A stretch of 64,000 nt of DNA from Mobula hypostoma (Eukaryota). The stretch covers positions 41,604,001 to 41,668,000 of the forward strand of contig NC_086097.1 of NCBI RefSeq assembly GCF_963921235.1. The letters run 5' to 3'. The notes under the pieces are model-generated. The model worked only from the letters and a program-made list of their open reading frames with translations, did no database searches and was not told the DNA's origin. Position numbers and translations under genes: made by a program. Shown here piece after piece: positions 36,555 through 50,130 of the stretch; position 1 is the first letter of the stretch; each line of letters opens with the position of its first letter.

Positions 36555-37205
36555 GTTCAAGGTAAATGTATTATCAAAGTAGATATATGTCACCTATATG
36601 TCAACATATACTACCCCGAGAGTCACCTTCTTGCTGCTTTCACAGCAGAACAAAGAAAATCAATGAAAAACTACACACAAAGACTGACAAACAACCAATG
36701 TGCAAAAAAGACAAACCATGCAAAAACAAAAAAAAAAGGAACACATAATACTGATAATGTGAGCTGTGGAGTCCTTGAAAGTGAGTGGAAAGGTTGTGAA
36801 TCAGTTGATGGTGAGTTGAGTGAATTCAGAAGCCTGATGTGTGAAGGGTAATAACTGTTGCTGAACCTGGTGGTGTGGGATGTAAGTCTCATGCAGCGAT
36901 AAGAGTGTATGGGCTGGATGGTGGGTGTTGTTGGTAATGGACGTTGCTTTCAGGTGGCAGCAATCTTTCGGGATATGCTCAATGACGGGGAGTGCTTTTC
37001 CTGGATTGGGCTGTATTCACCACTTCCAGTTGGCTTTTCCACTCTTGGACATTGGTGTTTCCATACCAGGCCATGATGCAACCAGTCAGGATACTCTGCA
37101 TGGTACATCCATAGCAGTTCGTCAAAGCGTTAGGTGGCGTGCCAAATCTGAGCAAACTTCTAAGGAAGTAGAGGTGCTGCTGCCGTACTGCATTTGTAAT
37201 GACAC
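36555..37205 (-). mobile_element. Rex1/Babar LINE, 3' part (continues at 45710-45920 beyond the Gypsy insertion)
   Basis: ORF 36979..37230 (QQHLYFLRSLLRFG...LTNCYGCTMQSILTGCIMAWYGN). Confidence 0.85.
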
Positions 37206-37520
37206 AGTTACGACATGCACCCAACCGCACCAGCTTCTGGGGTTTTAGAAGCTCTAACTCCCTGGAGTATGGATTACTGGCACAGCCCCTTTAACAATTC
37301 AGGATCGTCCTGCCAGGTTGGCAATCATGTTCTGAGTGCTAGGAATTGAGTATTTAAGGAGCACCTGAATTAAGACTCGGTGCTCAGTCATAAGCCTTAT
37401 CAGTGATTTCACCCAGTGTTTGTTTTGTGCTCAGTTCTCAATCCCGTTTGATACCATGTCTCGATCCTTGTTTCTGATACTTCAGCACATGGGTCCAATC
37501 CATCCTCATTAAGGACTCTC
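37206..37520 (+). repeat. 5' LTR of the Gypsy element
   Basis: Colinear with 45391-45706, about 75-80% identical by eye. TATTTAAGG TATA-like box. Confidence 0.85.
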
Positions 37521-39281
37521 GAAACGATTGAGCCAACACAGACCCGGCGGGGTATTAGAGCCTTTTGTCAGCCGTGGCCAGCCACAGCGAGAAAAGAATT
37601 TCAAGACAGAGCCTGGAGATACATGATCCCCAGGTCGCTTTGGGCTAACTATTGCAGGAGGGAAGCCAAAGTCGCTCGGATGAGGCTGTCAGTCATTCTG
37701 TAGAACTAGTCCACCTTCTGACTCCAGAGTAATTCCAGGGTAATCTGGGGTCTGAATGCAGTTTCCTCATCCAGTGCTCATTACGATTTGAATTATGGCC
37801 ATCCCCATTCCCTTCAGAGAGTGAAAAGGTGGCCTTCATTATCTCCCTTCTGTCTGGAAGGCAGGTGGGAATGCAGATTGGAGATCTGCTTGACGAATTC
37901 GTGGCTGCCAGCCAAGCCTCACACTGCCTGATGAAGGTTCAACAGTGTGGACGGCCAGCAACCATCTACACAATTGAACTTCAGTCCTTAGCTGGAACAG
38001 GGAAGCCTTGACCCAGCATGGACTGCGAGTTTTACTGAAGGATGCTCTCACCTTCGGAGACCAGCCGAGGACTTAGAGGCTTTGATTGACCGCTCCATTC
38101 ATCTCAATAATCATAGGGCAGAGCGTAAGTGGGACTAGCACCAAGATGTCAAAGAGGGCTAGCCCGAGACTAGACTCAACACATCATTGTTCCATTCCCC
38201 CAATCTCGGACCATGACCAACCTGTCTCCTGCTCGGGATCCTGTCAAGCCCATCAAATCAGCCGCATAAGAATCTCTGCTGATGAGATGATCGGACGTCG
38301 GAGGTGAGGTTATTGCCATTACTGAGGGGAAGCAGGTCGCCTGTGGGCCAAATGTCTGAAGCTGCGGCTGTCAGGAGAAATGTTCAGACCATCCAGTGTT
38401 GAGAGGACTGTGATGGTACCAGCAACCATCCCCGATCTCATAGATTTTGGTGTCACATTGAGGGTGGCGATCGCTTGGGGTATGAACAGATGAGTGGTGA
38501 ATGCTTTTTTGGACTCTGGAGCAGCGGGAAATTTCCTGGGCCTGGGCGCTGCTTGTTGGCTCCACATACCAGTGCAGGAGCTGAGCCAGCCCATGCCCGC
38601 AAATGTCTCAGACGATCGTCCGCTTGGTTCCAGTCAGATCCGGCAGCAGACATTGATCTTGCAGATAAGGATAGAGGATCAATGGGAGGACATCCATTTC
38701 AACCTCATTGCTCCCCCCACGTATCTCTAATCCTTGGGCACCCTTGACTGTCCCCGCATAACCTTTCTGTGAACTGGAAGGAAGGGAGGATCATTGCATG
38801 GTCCAGTGCTGGAAAATGGTATGCTTTTGGCTTGGTGTTCCAAACCCCAGACTCTCCCGAGACCACCAGCCAATGAGGGGGCAAATTTCTACTCAGGGTA
38901 ACCTGGAACTTTCAAGGGAAGACAAGTTGGCTCCAGCCAATAGGCCAGTGCGAGTCCTGACCCTGTCCAGTCAGGGGTATGCTGGTACTAGATCTCTACC
39001 TCAGCAGCTAACCAAGGAGGTGCCCAAGCAATCTGAAACTCTAACAGCTAAGCCAAGGGGCTCCAGTTGCCTGGTCCCATCTAAGTGGAAGGCTCTTAGA
39101 TGGAGATCTTTGGAACCTAGTCCCAGGAGCACAAGGACCATTTGTCGCACCTCATTGTCAATTCTTGAGGAAACGGACAAGGATTTGTACTGTGATGAGG
39201 CCTCTGTTTTCACTAAAGACTCTTGGGGACCTATGGGAGAGTCTCTGAGGTCTGCCAAATCATCCCCCCCCCCCCCAGTGG

Positions 39282-39678
39282 AGTCTGCAGAATGCCCTCC
39301 AGAAATGTGATGCAAATTGTGGACAGCGATTCAACACAATTTCCACCTGAAAATCGTGGATTCTGAAGACCTTGTGAAAGACAGTTTCGGCTATCTCTGC
39401 TGCAAATGGTAGATTGTCCAAGGTGATGAACTTGCAAGCCTTTGAAAAATGATCCACAATTACCAAGATAAATCTTCACCTCGAAAGGAGGAAAACCCAT
39501 GAGAAAGTCCATGGAGATGTGCGCCCGTGGTCTGTCCGGACCAGGTTGGGGTGGAGTACCCCAGGTATGGGGCTTCTTCTTCTGGATGCTCACATTGCAT
39601 ACCTGCATGTGCTGCTGAACTTCCTTCATTATTCTGGGATCCTGGCAATCCCTGGGTGAGCCATCATTCTCGAGGAAG
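39282..39678 (-). repeat. Inverted copy of the element's own integrase segment (about 41274-41675)
   Basis: ORFs 39231..39740(-) and 39260..39466(-) mirror 41223..41951(+), for example FLENDGSPRDCQDPRIMKEVQQHMQVCN. Confidence 0.93.
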
Positions 39679-42470
39679 TCATCCTCAGAGGAAGCTTTGG
39701 GGGTAATTGCAGCACTCAAACCAGTTGAAGTCATTTCCACCTACAAGGCTTTGGCAGAGGCTTTCAGTAAGAGAAAGGCTTCAACTCTTCCATTGCACCG
39801 ACCCTAAGACTGTGCTATAGATCTGCTGTCTGGTACTTGATTTCCTGGCGGTGGGGGGTGGGGTGGGGTTGATTATACGCACTCCCAAGCCCAGTGATAA
39901 GCTCTATGGAGGTGTATATTAAGGAGGCTGTTGCCCTAGGATTAACTTGTCCCTTCGTCTCTCCAGCTGGTGTTGGCTTCTTCTTCGAACAGAAGAGGGG
40001 CGGGTGTCTGCAGCCATGCATTGATTATAGAGACTGAATCGCTTAACAGTCAAAAATTGTTACCCGCGTCCACTCATTAACAATGCCTTCGAGATTCCCC
40101 AAGGAGTAAGAGTATTCTCGAAGCTAGACTTGTGGAGTGCATATAGTCTGGTTCGCATAGAGGAATGTGACAAGTGAAAGACGGCATTCAGCACACCTAC
40201 AGCGCACTGTGAGTACCTGGTCATGCCCTTCGGCCGTGCAAATAGGCCAGCAGTTTTCCAGGCCTTTATAAATGACGTACTCCGGGATGCTGTCTATAAG
40301 TACGCCTTCATCTACTTGCATGACATTCTAATTTTCTCGGTCAATGAAGTACGTCGCTCATGTCAGAGATAGCCTAAGGAGACTAATTGACATGGACTTT
40401 ACATCAAGCTGGAGAAATCCGAATTTCACATAACCAACTTTTTATTTTTGAGCTTCATCATCTGCAATGGCAATGTCAAGATGGACCCTTGTGAGACATG
40501 GGCAGTTGGAGATTGGCCAACAAACATCTAGTGTGAACCAAGTCCAATGATTCCTGGGATTTGCCATGTCTTACCTAAAGTTTACCAGAAACTTCAGCCC
40601 AATGGTGGCTCTGCTGACAGGGAAACTTGGCCCTTTTGTTTGGACTTCCAAGGCAGAGGCTGCTTTCGCAGAGCTCAAACAATGGTTCACTACAGCTCCC
40701 ATCTTGACTGCATCTAACCTGACCTTCCCTTCATCACGGAGGTGGATGCTTTGGACGTCAGAGTAGGTGCAGTGTTGTCTGAACGACAACCTTCTGACAA
40801 TAAACTGCACCTGCGTGCATTCTTTTCCTGGCAGCTATCCCCAGCAGAGATGAATAATGACATTAGGAATCGGCAGCTTCTTGCAGTTATGTTACCATTG
40901 GAGAAATGGCGGCATTAGCTAGAGGGGTCCAAGAACTCTTTCATTGTTTGGACAGACCATAGAAACTTGGCTTATATAAGGGAGGCCAAGACCAGGTGAT
41001 TTTTGTTCTTTTACGGCCTTGAATTCATCCTGACATATTGACCAGGGTCAAAGAACCAGAAGCTAGACGTCTGGTCCTATCAGTGTGATGAACCGTAATG
41101 AGAAGAGCAGCCCACCACCATTTTCCCCAGGCCAAGATAGCAGCGACAATTCATTAGGGAATTGAAGCCCTTGTTTGCATGGTCCAAGCGCAAGAGGAGA
41201 TTCCTAAGAGTGGTCCTCCAGGTTGGCTGTTTGTCCTAAGTTCCATTCGGTCTCAGGTACTCCAATGGGGACATTCCTTGAGAATGATGGCTCGCCCAGG
41301 GATTGCCAGGATCCCAGAATAATGAAGGAAGTTCAGCAGCACATGCAGGTATGCAATATGTGCATCCAGAAGAAGGATCCCCATACCCCGGCTACTCCAC
41401 CCCTCCCTGGTTCAGACAGACCATGGGTGCACATTTCCATGGACTTTCTCACGGGTTTTCCTCCTTTCAAGGTGAAGACCATTATCTTGGTAACTGTGGA
41501 TCATCTTTCAAAGGCCTGCAAGTTCATCACCTTGGACAGACTACCATTTGCAGCAGAGATGGCCGAAACTGTCTTGCACAAGGTCTTCAGAATCCGCGAT
41601 TTTCAGGTGGAAATTGTGTTGGATCGTTGTCCACAATTTGCATCACATTTCTGGAGGGCATTTTGCAAACCCATTGGAGAAACAGTGAGTCTTTCTTCTG
41701 GGTTTGACTCACAGTCCAATGGCCAGACAGACCAGGTGAACCAAGATATGGAATGTACCCTAAGATGCCTGGCCTCCGAAAGACCAAATGAGTGGAGCAA
41801 CCATTTGATGAGGGCAGAGGTCACGCACAACACTTTACAGCATTTGGCGCATGGGGTGTCCCCTTTAGAATGCGAATTTGTAGATCCTCTGTCACTCTTC
41901 CCTGAGCAGGAGCCAAAGATCTCATCTGACATAGCAAGGAGAGGTGGATAGGGCAAGAGAGATTTTGTTAGCTTCTACCCAGAAAACAGAAATAAAAGCT
42001 AACCACAAGAAAAGACAGGGACCAGTGTTGCTGCCTGGGCAACAGGTCTGACTGTCGACTCAGGATTTGATCCTCCAAGTGGATTCCAGGAAATTGGCGC
42101 CCAAGTTCATTGGACCCTTCAAGATTCTCAGGAAAGTAAACTGGTGGCCTACAGCTTGCAGCTCACCAAGGCCCTCAAGATCAATCCAACTTTCCACGTT
42201 TCCAGATTAAGGCCTGTGAACACCACCCCCTTAGCCCCACTACCATTAGTCCAGCCACCACCCAGGTTTGTCGATGGAGAACAGGTCTTCACCGTGAGAA
42301 GAATTTTGGAGTCATGAACTGTTTGCTGTTTTTGGCTGTTCATCATGGACTAGGAGGGATTTGGACCTGAAGAACAGTGCTGGGTTACTGAGAGGGACAT
42401 CTTGGATCCAACTCTAATCCAGGACTACAATCATCATCTCTCCGGTAAGCCAGGACCATCACGAGTCAGC

Positions 42471-45372
42471 TATAGCGACATGAATAGAGAAGGGAGGAGG
42501 TCCTGAAGAAATATTATAGGGAAGTAAAGAAGGAAGCTGAGAAGCAGGACCTCACGTGTAGAAATCTCAGGATAGCTGCCTGCGCCGTGCAACAGTGAGG
42601 ATATGAAAAGGGTGAGGTGGCAGATAAATGTGTGGCTGAGAAATTGGAGTAGGGGGCAGGGAATCAGATTTCTGGATAATTGGGACCCCTTCTGGGCCAG
42701 GTGTGACCTGTACAAAAGGGACAGGTTGCACTTGAATCTAAGGGTGACCAATATTCTTGTGGGCCGGTTTACTAGAGCTTTTGGGAGTGGTTTAAACTCA
42801 TATGGCAGGAGGTATGATAGAGCTGAGGATAAGCCAGCAGGTTTACAAATAGATGATGCATGTAACACAGATGTATGGAAGAACAAGCCAATGATTGGGT
42901 ATAAATACACACAGAGCAAAGAGTTAAATTGTACCACAGAGGTAAAATTCAAAAGGGTGAAGAATGCAGGACTGAAGGTGCCGTATCTAAATGCATGTAG
43001 CATTCGGAATAAGGTGGATAAACTAGTGACGTAATTAGAGATTGGTCGGCATGATGTTGTGGGCATCACTGAGTCGTGGCTGAAAGAAAGCCATAATTGA
43101 GAGTTTAACATCATAGGAAATACTTTGTATCGAAGGGACAGGCAGGAATGCATAGGCCATGTGGCTCTCTTGGTAAGACATGGAATTACATCTTCAAAAA
43201 GAGACGATCTAGGGTCAGAGAATGTTGAATCTTTGAGGGTGGAGTTAAGAAACTGCTAGGTTAAAGAAACACATTTTGGGAATCATATATAAGTCTACAA
43301 ATAGTAGCCAAGATATGGGGTTGAGATTGCAAAGAAAGCAGGAACAGACATGTTATAAGCGTAATGATGCAATTGTAATGGGAACTTTAATATGCAGGGG
43401 TATTGGAAAAATCAAGTTGGTGTAGGATCACAAGAGGAGGAATTTGTTGAATGCCTACAAGGTGGCTTTTTAGGGCAGCCTGTGCTTGAGCCTAGAAAGG
43501 CTATCTCAGATCTTATTAGGGAGTTTAATGTAAAGAACCCTTAGGAGACAGTGATTGTAATACGATTGAATTCATACTACAATTTGAGAGGGAGAAGCAT
43601 GAGTCACATGTATTAGTATCGCAATGGAATAAAGGGAATTACAGAAGGATGAAAGAAGAGCTTGCCCAGGTGAATTAGAGGAAGATACTGGCAGGATGAC
43701 AGCAGAGCAGAAGTTTCTGCAAATAGTTTGAAAGGTGCAGGACAGATATGTCCAATAGAGGAAGAAGTTCTCAAATGGCAGAGGTAGGCAACCATGGCTG
43801 ACAAGGGAAGTTAAGGACTGCATAAAAGCTAAGGCAAGAGCATATAAGGTAGCAAAAGTGAGTGGGAAGTTGGATGGTCGGGAAGCTTTAGAAATCCAAT
43901 AATAGGCAACTAAAAAAGCTATAAGAAGGGAAAAGATGAAATATGAAGACAGACTAGGAATAATATAAAGCAGGACACCAAAAGAATTTTTCAATTATAT
44001 AAAGAGTAAAAAGGAGCTGAGAATTGATATTGGACCACTGGAAAATGATGCTGGTGAGGTAGTAATGGGGGACAAAGAAACGGCAGATGAACTTAATGAG
44101 TATTTTACATTTGTCTTCTCTTTGGAAGATACTATCAGTGTGCCAGAGGTCCGTGAGTGTCAGGGAGCAGGAGTGGGTGCCATTACTATTACAAGGGAAA
44201 AAGTGCCAGTCAAACTCAACAGTCTTAAGGTGGATAAGTCACCTGGACCAGATGGACTACACCCCAGAGTCCTGAGAAAGATTGCTGAAGAGATAACAAA
44301 TGCATTGGTCATGATCTTTCAAGAATCATGATTCTGGCATGGTCCCGGAGGACTGGAAGATTGCAAATATCACTCCACTCTTTAAGAATGGAGGAAGGCA
44401 AAAGAAAAGAAATTATAAGCCAATTAGCCTAACCTCAGTGATTGGGAAAGTGTTGGAGTCTATTATTAAGGATGAGGTTTTGAGGTACTTGGAGACTAAT
44501 GATAAAGTCAGCATAGTTTCTGTGAAGGGAAGTCTTGCCTGACAAATCTGTTAGAGTTCTTAGAGGAAGTAACAAACAGGGTGGGCAAAGGAGAGGCAGT
44601 GGATGTCATTCACTTGGATTTTCAGAAGGCATTTGCTAAGGTGCCACACATGAGGCTACTTAACAAGGTAAAATTCTATGGCGTTACCGGAAAGATACTG
44701 GCATGGATAGCAGAATGTCTGGCAGGCAGGCAGCAGCAAGTGAGAATAAAAGGGGCCATTTCTGGTTGACTGCCAGTGATGTTCCTCAGGGGTCAGTACT
44801 GGAACTGCAACTTTTCACATTGTTTGTCATTGATTTAGATAATGGTTTCGATGGCTTTGTGGAAAAGTTTGTGGATGATACGAAGATACATGGAGGCATA
44901 GGTAGTCTGAGGAAGCAATGTGATTGCAGCAGGACCTAGACAAATTGGAAAATGGACAAAAAAGTGGCAAATGGAATTCAGTGTTGGGAAATGTATGATA
45001 ATGCATTTTAGTAAAAGGAACAATAATGCAGACTATTATCTAAATGGGGAGAAAGTTCAACCATCAGAGGTGCAGAGGGACTTAGGAGTTCTCATGCAAG
45101 ACTCCCAAGATTAATTTATAGGTTGAGTCTCTGGTAAAGAAGGCAAATGCAATGTTGGCATTTATTTCAAGGGGAATAGAATGTAAAAGCAAGGAGATAA
45201 TGTTCGAGCTCTATCAGACACTAGTCAGGCTGCACTTGTAGTATTGTCAATAGTTTTGGGCCCCATAGGTGTATGGAATTGAGGGGGATCCGGGATCAGC
45301 CATGTTGGAATAGCAAGCAGGATCGATGGGCTGAATGGCCTAATTCTGCTTCTATGTGTTATGGTCTTATGG
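42471..45372 (+). mobile_element. CR1 LINE (5'-truncated, internally deleted) nested in the Gypsy element just before its polypurine tract
   Basis: Esterase end (42603..43034), DKSPGPDGLHPRVL, LDFQKAFAKVPH, FVDDTK and a TATGGTCTTATGG tail. Confidence 0.92.
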
Positions 45373-45390
45373 CCTTATTGGGGAGTGTCC

Positions 45391-45706
45391 TGTTATGATG
45401 CACACCCAGCCGTGCCAGCTTCCAAGGTTTAGACTCTCTTATTCCCTGGAATATGGATAGCTGGTGCAGCCCCTTTAAGATTCAGGATCATCCTGTTTAT
45501 TGGCATTCATGTTTTAGATGCCAGGAATTGGCTATTTAAGGAGCTGCTGAACTGAAGTTCGGTGCTCAATTGTAAGCCTTACTCGTGATTTCATCTAGCG
45601 TTTGTTTTGTGCTCAGTTCTCAATCCAGTTTGATACTGTGTCTCAATCCTTGCTTCGGATACTCCAGCAGTTGGGTCCAAGCCATTCTCGTCAAGGACTC
45701 TTATCA
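45391..45706 (+). repeat. 3' LTR of the Gypsy element
   Basis: Starts TGTTATGA after GGGGAGTGTCC and ends ...TTATCA; the Rex1 host sequence resumes afterwards. Confidence 0.88.
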
Positions 45707-45709
45707 CAC

Positions 45710-45920
45710 TTATGTGCTGGACCCAGGACAGATTCTCAGGAATGATAACTCCAAGGAATTTTCCGTTACTGTCCCTATCCACCTCCACTCCCCAAATGAC
45801 TACTGGCTCATAGACCTCCTGTTTCTTTTCCCTGTACTCAATAAATAGCTCTTTACTTTTGCTGATCTTGATTGAGAGGTGGTTGTGGCACCATTCAAAC
45901 CAGTTTTCAATTCCTTTCCT
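45710..45920 (-). mobile_element. Rex1/Babar continuation
   Basis: WCHNHLSIKISKSKELFIEYR...KFLGVII.ENLSWVQHI. Confidence 0.85.
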
Positions 45921-46449
45921 CTTTTCGTGGATATTTGCAAAGAAAAAGAATTTCAGGATGTATATTGTATACATTTCTCTGACATTAAATGTACCTATTC
46001 AAATCTATTGAAAACTATTGATAATTATAGCCTTAATCATTAACGTAGCTTTAATCATTCCCATTAGTCTGTCAGGATTGCAGTTCTCATCACCTCTACA
46101 TGCTAGCCACAGACACAAATTGTGTTTGGTTCAAACTCCTGTCAGTGCGCTGCAACATTTATGAATGGAAGGGGAATCAAATGGTTTTTCTCTCTCTGCA
46201 GATGCTGTCCGACCTCCTGAGTATTTCCAGCATCTTCTGTCCCTATTGTAGGTGGATCAGGACCCGGGGGACAGAGAATGGAAGTGATTCCTGCAAGAAG
46301 GAAAGTGACCCGGGGTTACAGGTCTGAAATGTTGACTGTTTCTCTTCACAGATGCTGCCTGATTGCTGAACCTTCCATCATTTTCTCTTTCTGTTAAAAA
46401 AAATCATAATTCTCCATATTATATGCTCTGCTCACCTCACTTTATACTT

Positions 46450-48150
46450 AAGATCATAAGATACAGGAGCAGAATTAAGCCATTTGGTCCATCGAGTCTT
46501 CTCCACCATTTCATCATGGCTTTTCCAATTTTCCACTCAGGCCCAATCTCCTGCCTTCTCCCCAAATCCCTTCATGCCCAGACCAATCATGAATCTATCA
46601 ATCTCTGCCTTTCACCATTCAATAGGTTTCAATGAGGTCACCCCCCATTCTTCTAAATTCAAGTGAATACAGGTCCAGAGCCATCAAACGCTCTTCATAT
46701 GACAAGCCATTCAATCTGGAAACATTTTCGCGAACCTCCTTTGAACCCTCTCCAGTTTCAACACATCCTTTCTAAGATATGCAGCCCAAAAATGCTCTCG
46801 ATACCCCAAGTGAGGCCTCACCAGTGCTTTATAAAGTATCAACATTACATCCTTCTTTTCATATTCTAGTCCTCTTGAAATGAATGCTAACATTGCATTT
46901 GCCTTTCCTACCTCAGACTCAACCTGCAAATTAACCTTTAAGGAATCCTGCGCAAGGTCTCCCATGTCCCTTTGTGCCTCAGATTTTTGTATTTTCTCTC
47001 CATTTAGAAAATAGTCAACCCTTTTATTTCTTCTAGGAAAATGCATGACCATACACTTCCGACACAGTTTTCTATCTGCCATTTCTTCACCCATTCTCAT
47101 AATCTATCTTGTGCTTCTGTAGCCCCTCCTACTTCCTGAAAACTACCTGCCCCTCTATTTCCCTTCATATCACCTGCAAACTTTGCAACAAACCCATGAA
47201 TTCCATCATCCAAATCATTAACATTTAAAGTAAAAAGAATCGCTCCCAACACAGACCACTGTGGAACACCACTAGTCAATGGCAGTCAGCCAGAAAAAGT
47301 TCCCTTTGTTCCCACTCTTTACCTCCTGCCAATCAGCCATTGCTTTATCCATGCTAGAATCTTTCCTGGTATACCATGGGCTCGTAGCTTGTTAAGCAGA
47401 CTTATGTGTGTCACCTTGTCAAAGGCCTTCTGAAAATTCAAATACACAACATCAATCGATTCTCCTTTGTCTATCCTGCTTGTTATTTGTTCAAAGAATT
47501 ACAGCTGATTTTTCAGGAAAGATTTTTCCTTGAGGAAATCATGCTAACTACAGCCTATTTTATCATGTGCTTCCAAGTACCCTGAGAACTTATTTTTAAT
47601 GATCAATTCTAACATCTTCCCAACCACTGAGGTTAGACTAACTGCCCTATAGTTTTTTTTATCTCCCTTCTTGAAGAGTGGAATGACATTTGCAATTTTC
47701 CGTTCTTCCAGAACTATTCCAGAATTTAGTGATTCTTGAAAGATCATTACCAATGCCTCCACAATCTTTTCATCCACTTCTTTTAGAACCCTGGGTAGAT
47801 AAGTCACCTGGTCCAGGTGACTTATTTACCTTCAGACTTTTCAGTTTCCCAAGAAACTTCTCTCTAGTTATGGTAACTTTAATCACTTTAGAATTTAGAA
47901 TACTTCAGAATAGTTCTTCATCTTTGAGATATATACATCCTGTGACTTCCAAAATGCTTCCAGAAATTCCAACCATTGCTGCACTGTTGTCATCCCTGCC
48001 AGTATTCCTTTGCAATCAATATTAACCAACCCCTCTCTCATGCCTCTGTAATTCCCTTTACTTCACTCTGATACTGATACATCTGACTTTAGCTTCTCCT
48101 TCTGAAATTTCAGGATAAATTCAATCACATTATGAGCATTTGCCCCAAAG
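46450..48150 (-). mobile_element. Decayed CR1 LINE
   Basis: ORFs 46711..47100, 47097..47279 (SGVPQWSVLG, KFAGD) and 47544..47807. Confidence 0.9.
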
Positions 48151-48159
48151 AGTTCTTAA

Positions 48160-49150
48160 GCACAGCCCCAATGCCATATTCAGTTTTGCTGATGACAGTA
48201 CTGTTGTAGGCCAAGTCAAAGATGATCACGGATTAACGTATAGGAGGTAGAAAAAATTCTCGCTGAGTGGTGCCATGACAAACAACCTCTTACTCAATGT
48301 CAGCAAGAGCAGGGAGCTGATTATTGACTTCAGGAGGAGGAAACCAGAGGTCCATGAACCAGTCCTTATCAGGGGATCAGATGTTGAGAGGGTCAGCAAC
48401 TTTAAATTCCTCAGTGTTATCATTTCTGAGTATATGTCCTGGGCCCTACGTAAGTTCATTATGAAGAAAGCACAACAGCGCATTTGCTTACTTAGGAGTT
48501 TGCAAAGATTTGGCATGGCATCTAAAACTTTGACAAACTCCTATAAATGTGTGGTGGAGTGTATATTGTCTGGTTGCATCACAACCTGGTATGGAAAAAC
48601 CAATGCTCTTGAGTTGAAAATCATACATAAAGTAATGGATATGGCCCATTCTATCAAGAGTTAAGCCCTTCCCAACATTGAGAACACCTACACAGAGTGT
48701 TGTCACAGGAAAGCAGCATCCATCATCAGGGTTCCCCACCACCCAAGACATAGTCAGTTCTTGCTACTGCCATCGGGGAGAAGAGATAGGAACCTCAGGA
48801 CCCACACCTCCAGGTTCAGAAACAGTTAGTACTCCTCAACCATCAGGCTCTTGATCCAAATAAGATAACTTCACTCAACTTCACTTGCCCCATCACTGAA
48901 ATGCTCCCACCACCTATGGACTCAATTCCAAGGACTCTTCATCTCATATTCTCAATATGTATTGCTTAGCTATTTATTATTATTAGTTCTTTCTTTTTGC
49001 ATTTGCACAATTGTCTTCTGCACTCTGCTTAAATGCCCAGCTGGAACAGTCCTTCATTGATTCGATCATGAATTGAGTATGCTCACAAGAAAATGAATCT
49101 CAGGGTTGTATATGGTGGCATATATGTACTTTGTTATTAAATTTACTTAG
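48160..49150 (+). mobile_element. Rex1/Babar LINE, 5'-truncated
   Basis: FADDSTVVG at about 48184; ORF 48275..48664 (LNVSKSRELIIDFRR...FKFLSV); 3'UTR ending TATGTACTTTG. Confidence 0.9.
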
Positions 49151-49159
49151 AAGTTTAAT

Positions 49160-50130
49160 ATACATCATTCTTCAAAATTTCCACCATCTTCAATGGGATC
49201 CTACCACTATACCACTAAACCAATGGAATACAACCACCCCCCACAAACTTCCACTTTCCACAAGAATCGCTCTTTACGTGACTCCCTTGTTCACTTGTCC
49301 CTCTCCAATGATCTCCCACCTGGTACTTATCCCTGCAAGAGTGACGAGTTCTACAACTGTCCCTATACTTCCTCCCTCACCACCATTCAGGAACCGAAAC
49401 AGTCCTTCCAGGTAAAACAGCACTTCACCTGTGAGTCCATCAGAGTCATCCACTATATCCAGTGCTCCCGGTGCACCCTCCTCTGCACCAGGGAGACCCA
49501 TAAAGATAGGAGAACTGCTTCATCAAGTCTCTTTGCTCGCTCTGACTAAAGGGTGGGATTTCCTGGTGGACACCCATTTTAATTCTACTTCCCATTCCTA
49601 TTCTGATATATCGGCCAATAGCGTCCTCTATCGTCACTCTCAGGCTGGAGGAGCAATATCTCATAAACTGTCTGGGTAATCTCTAACCGATGGAATGTAC
49701 ATCGATTTCTCTAACTACCTTCCCTGTTCTCTCTTTAACCATTCCCCATTCTGGCTTCCCTTTTACCCCTTCTCATCTGCCCATCATCTCCTTCTTCTGC
49801 TCTTCCTCCCTTTCTCACATTTCCACTGTCCTCTCCTATGATCTTCCTCCTTCAGCCCTTTACCTCTTCCATCTATCACTTCCCAGCGTCTCACTTCATC
49901 CTCTATTCCCTCACCTGGTCTTTAAGCTAGCACCAGCTAGCTTGTACACACTCCCCTCCCCCACATTCTTATTATGGCCTCTCCCCCCTTCCTCTCCAGT
50001 CCTGATGAAGGGTTATGCCCTGAATCATTGCCTGTTCATTCCTCTCCATATATGCTGCCTGACCTGCTGAACTCCTCGAACATTTTTGTATGTTGCTCAT
50101 GGATTTCCATCATCTTCAGAATCTCTTCTA
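49160..50130 (+). mobile_element. Decayed Penelope-like element, 3' part
   Basis: PKQSFQVKQHFTCESIRVIHYIQCSRC (GIY-YIG region) and a CTGATGAAGGG hammerhead remnant at about 50002. Confidence 0.85.

Larger units (their letters stand above)
37206..45706 (+). mobile_element. Decayed full-length Ty3/Gypsy chromovirus (sushi-ichi-like) LTR retrotransposon
   Basis: Paired LTRs; gag (KVAFIISLLSGR); protease (FLDSGAAGNF, 38494); RT ([10 protein letters not shown], about 40310); RNase H ([15 protein letters not shown]); integrase (41223..41951: HISMDF, SNGQTDQVNQDME); chromodomain-like GFGPEEQCWV..RDILDP (about 42355); purine-rich tract before the 3' LTR. Confidence 0.92.

Noticed and set aside
38798..39310. 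170-aa ORF between the Gypsy protease and RT, considered as a captured gene
   Set aside because: No recognisable domain; more simply a pol linker running into the inverted duplication.
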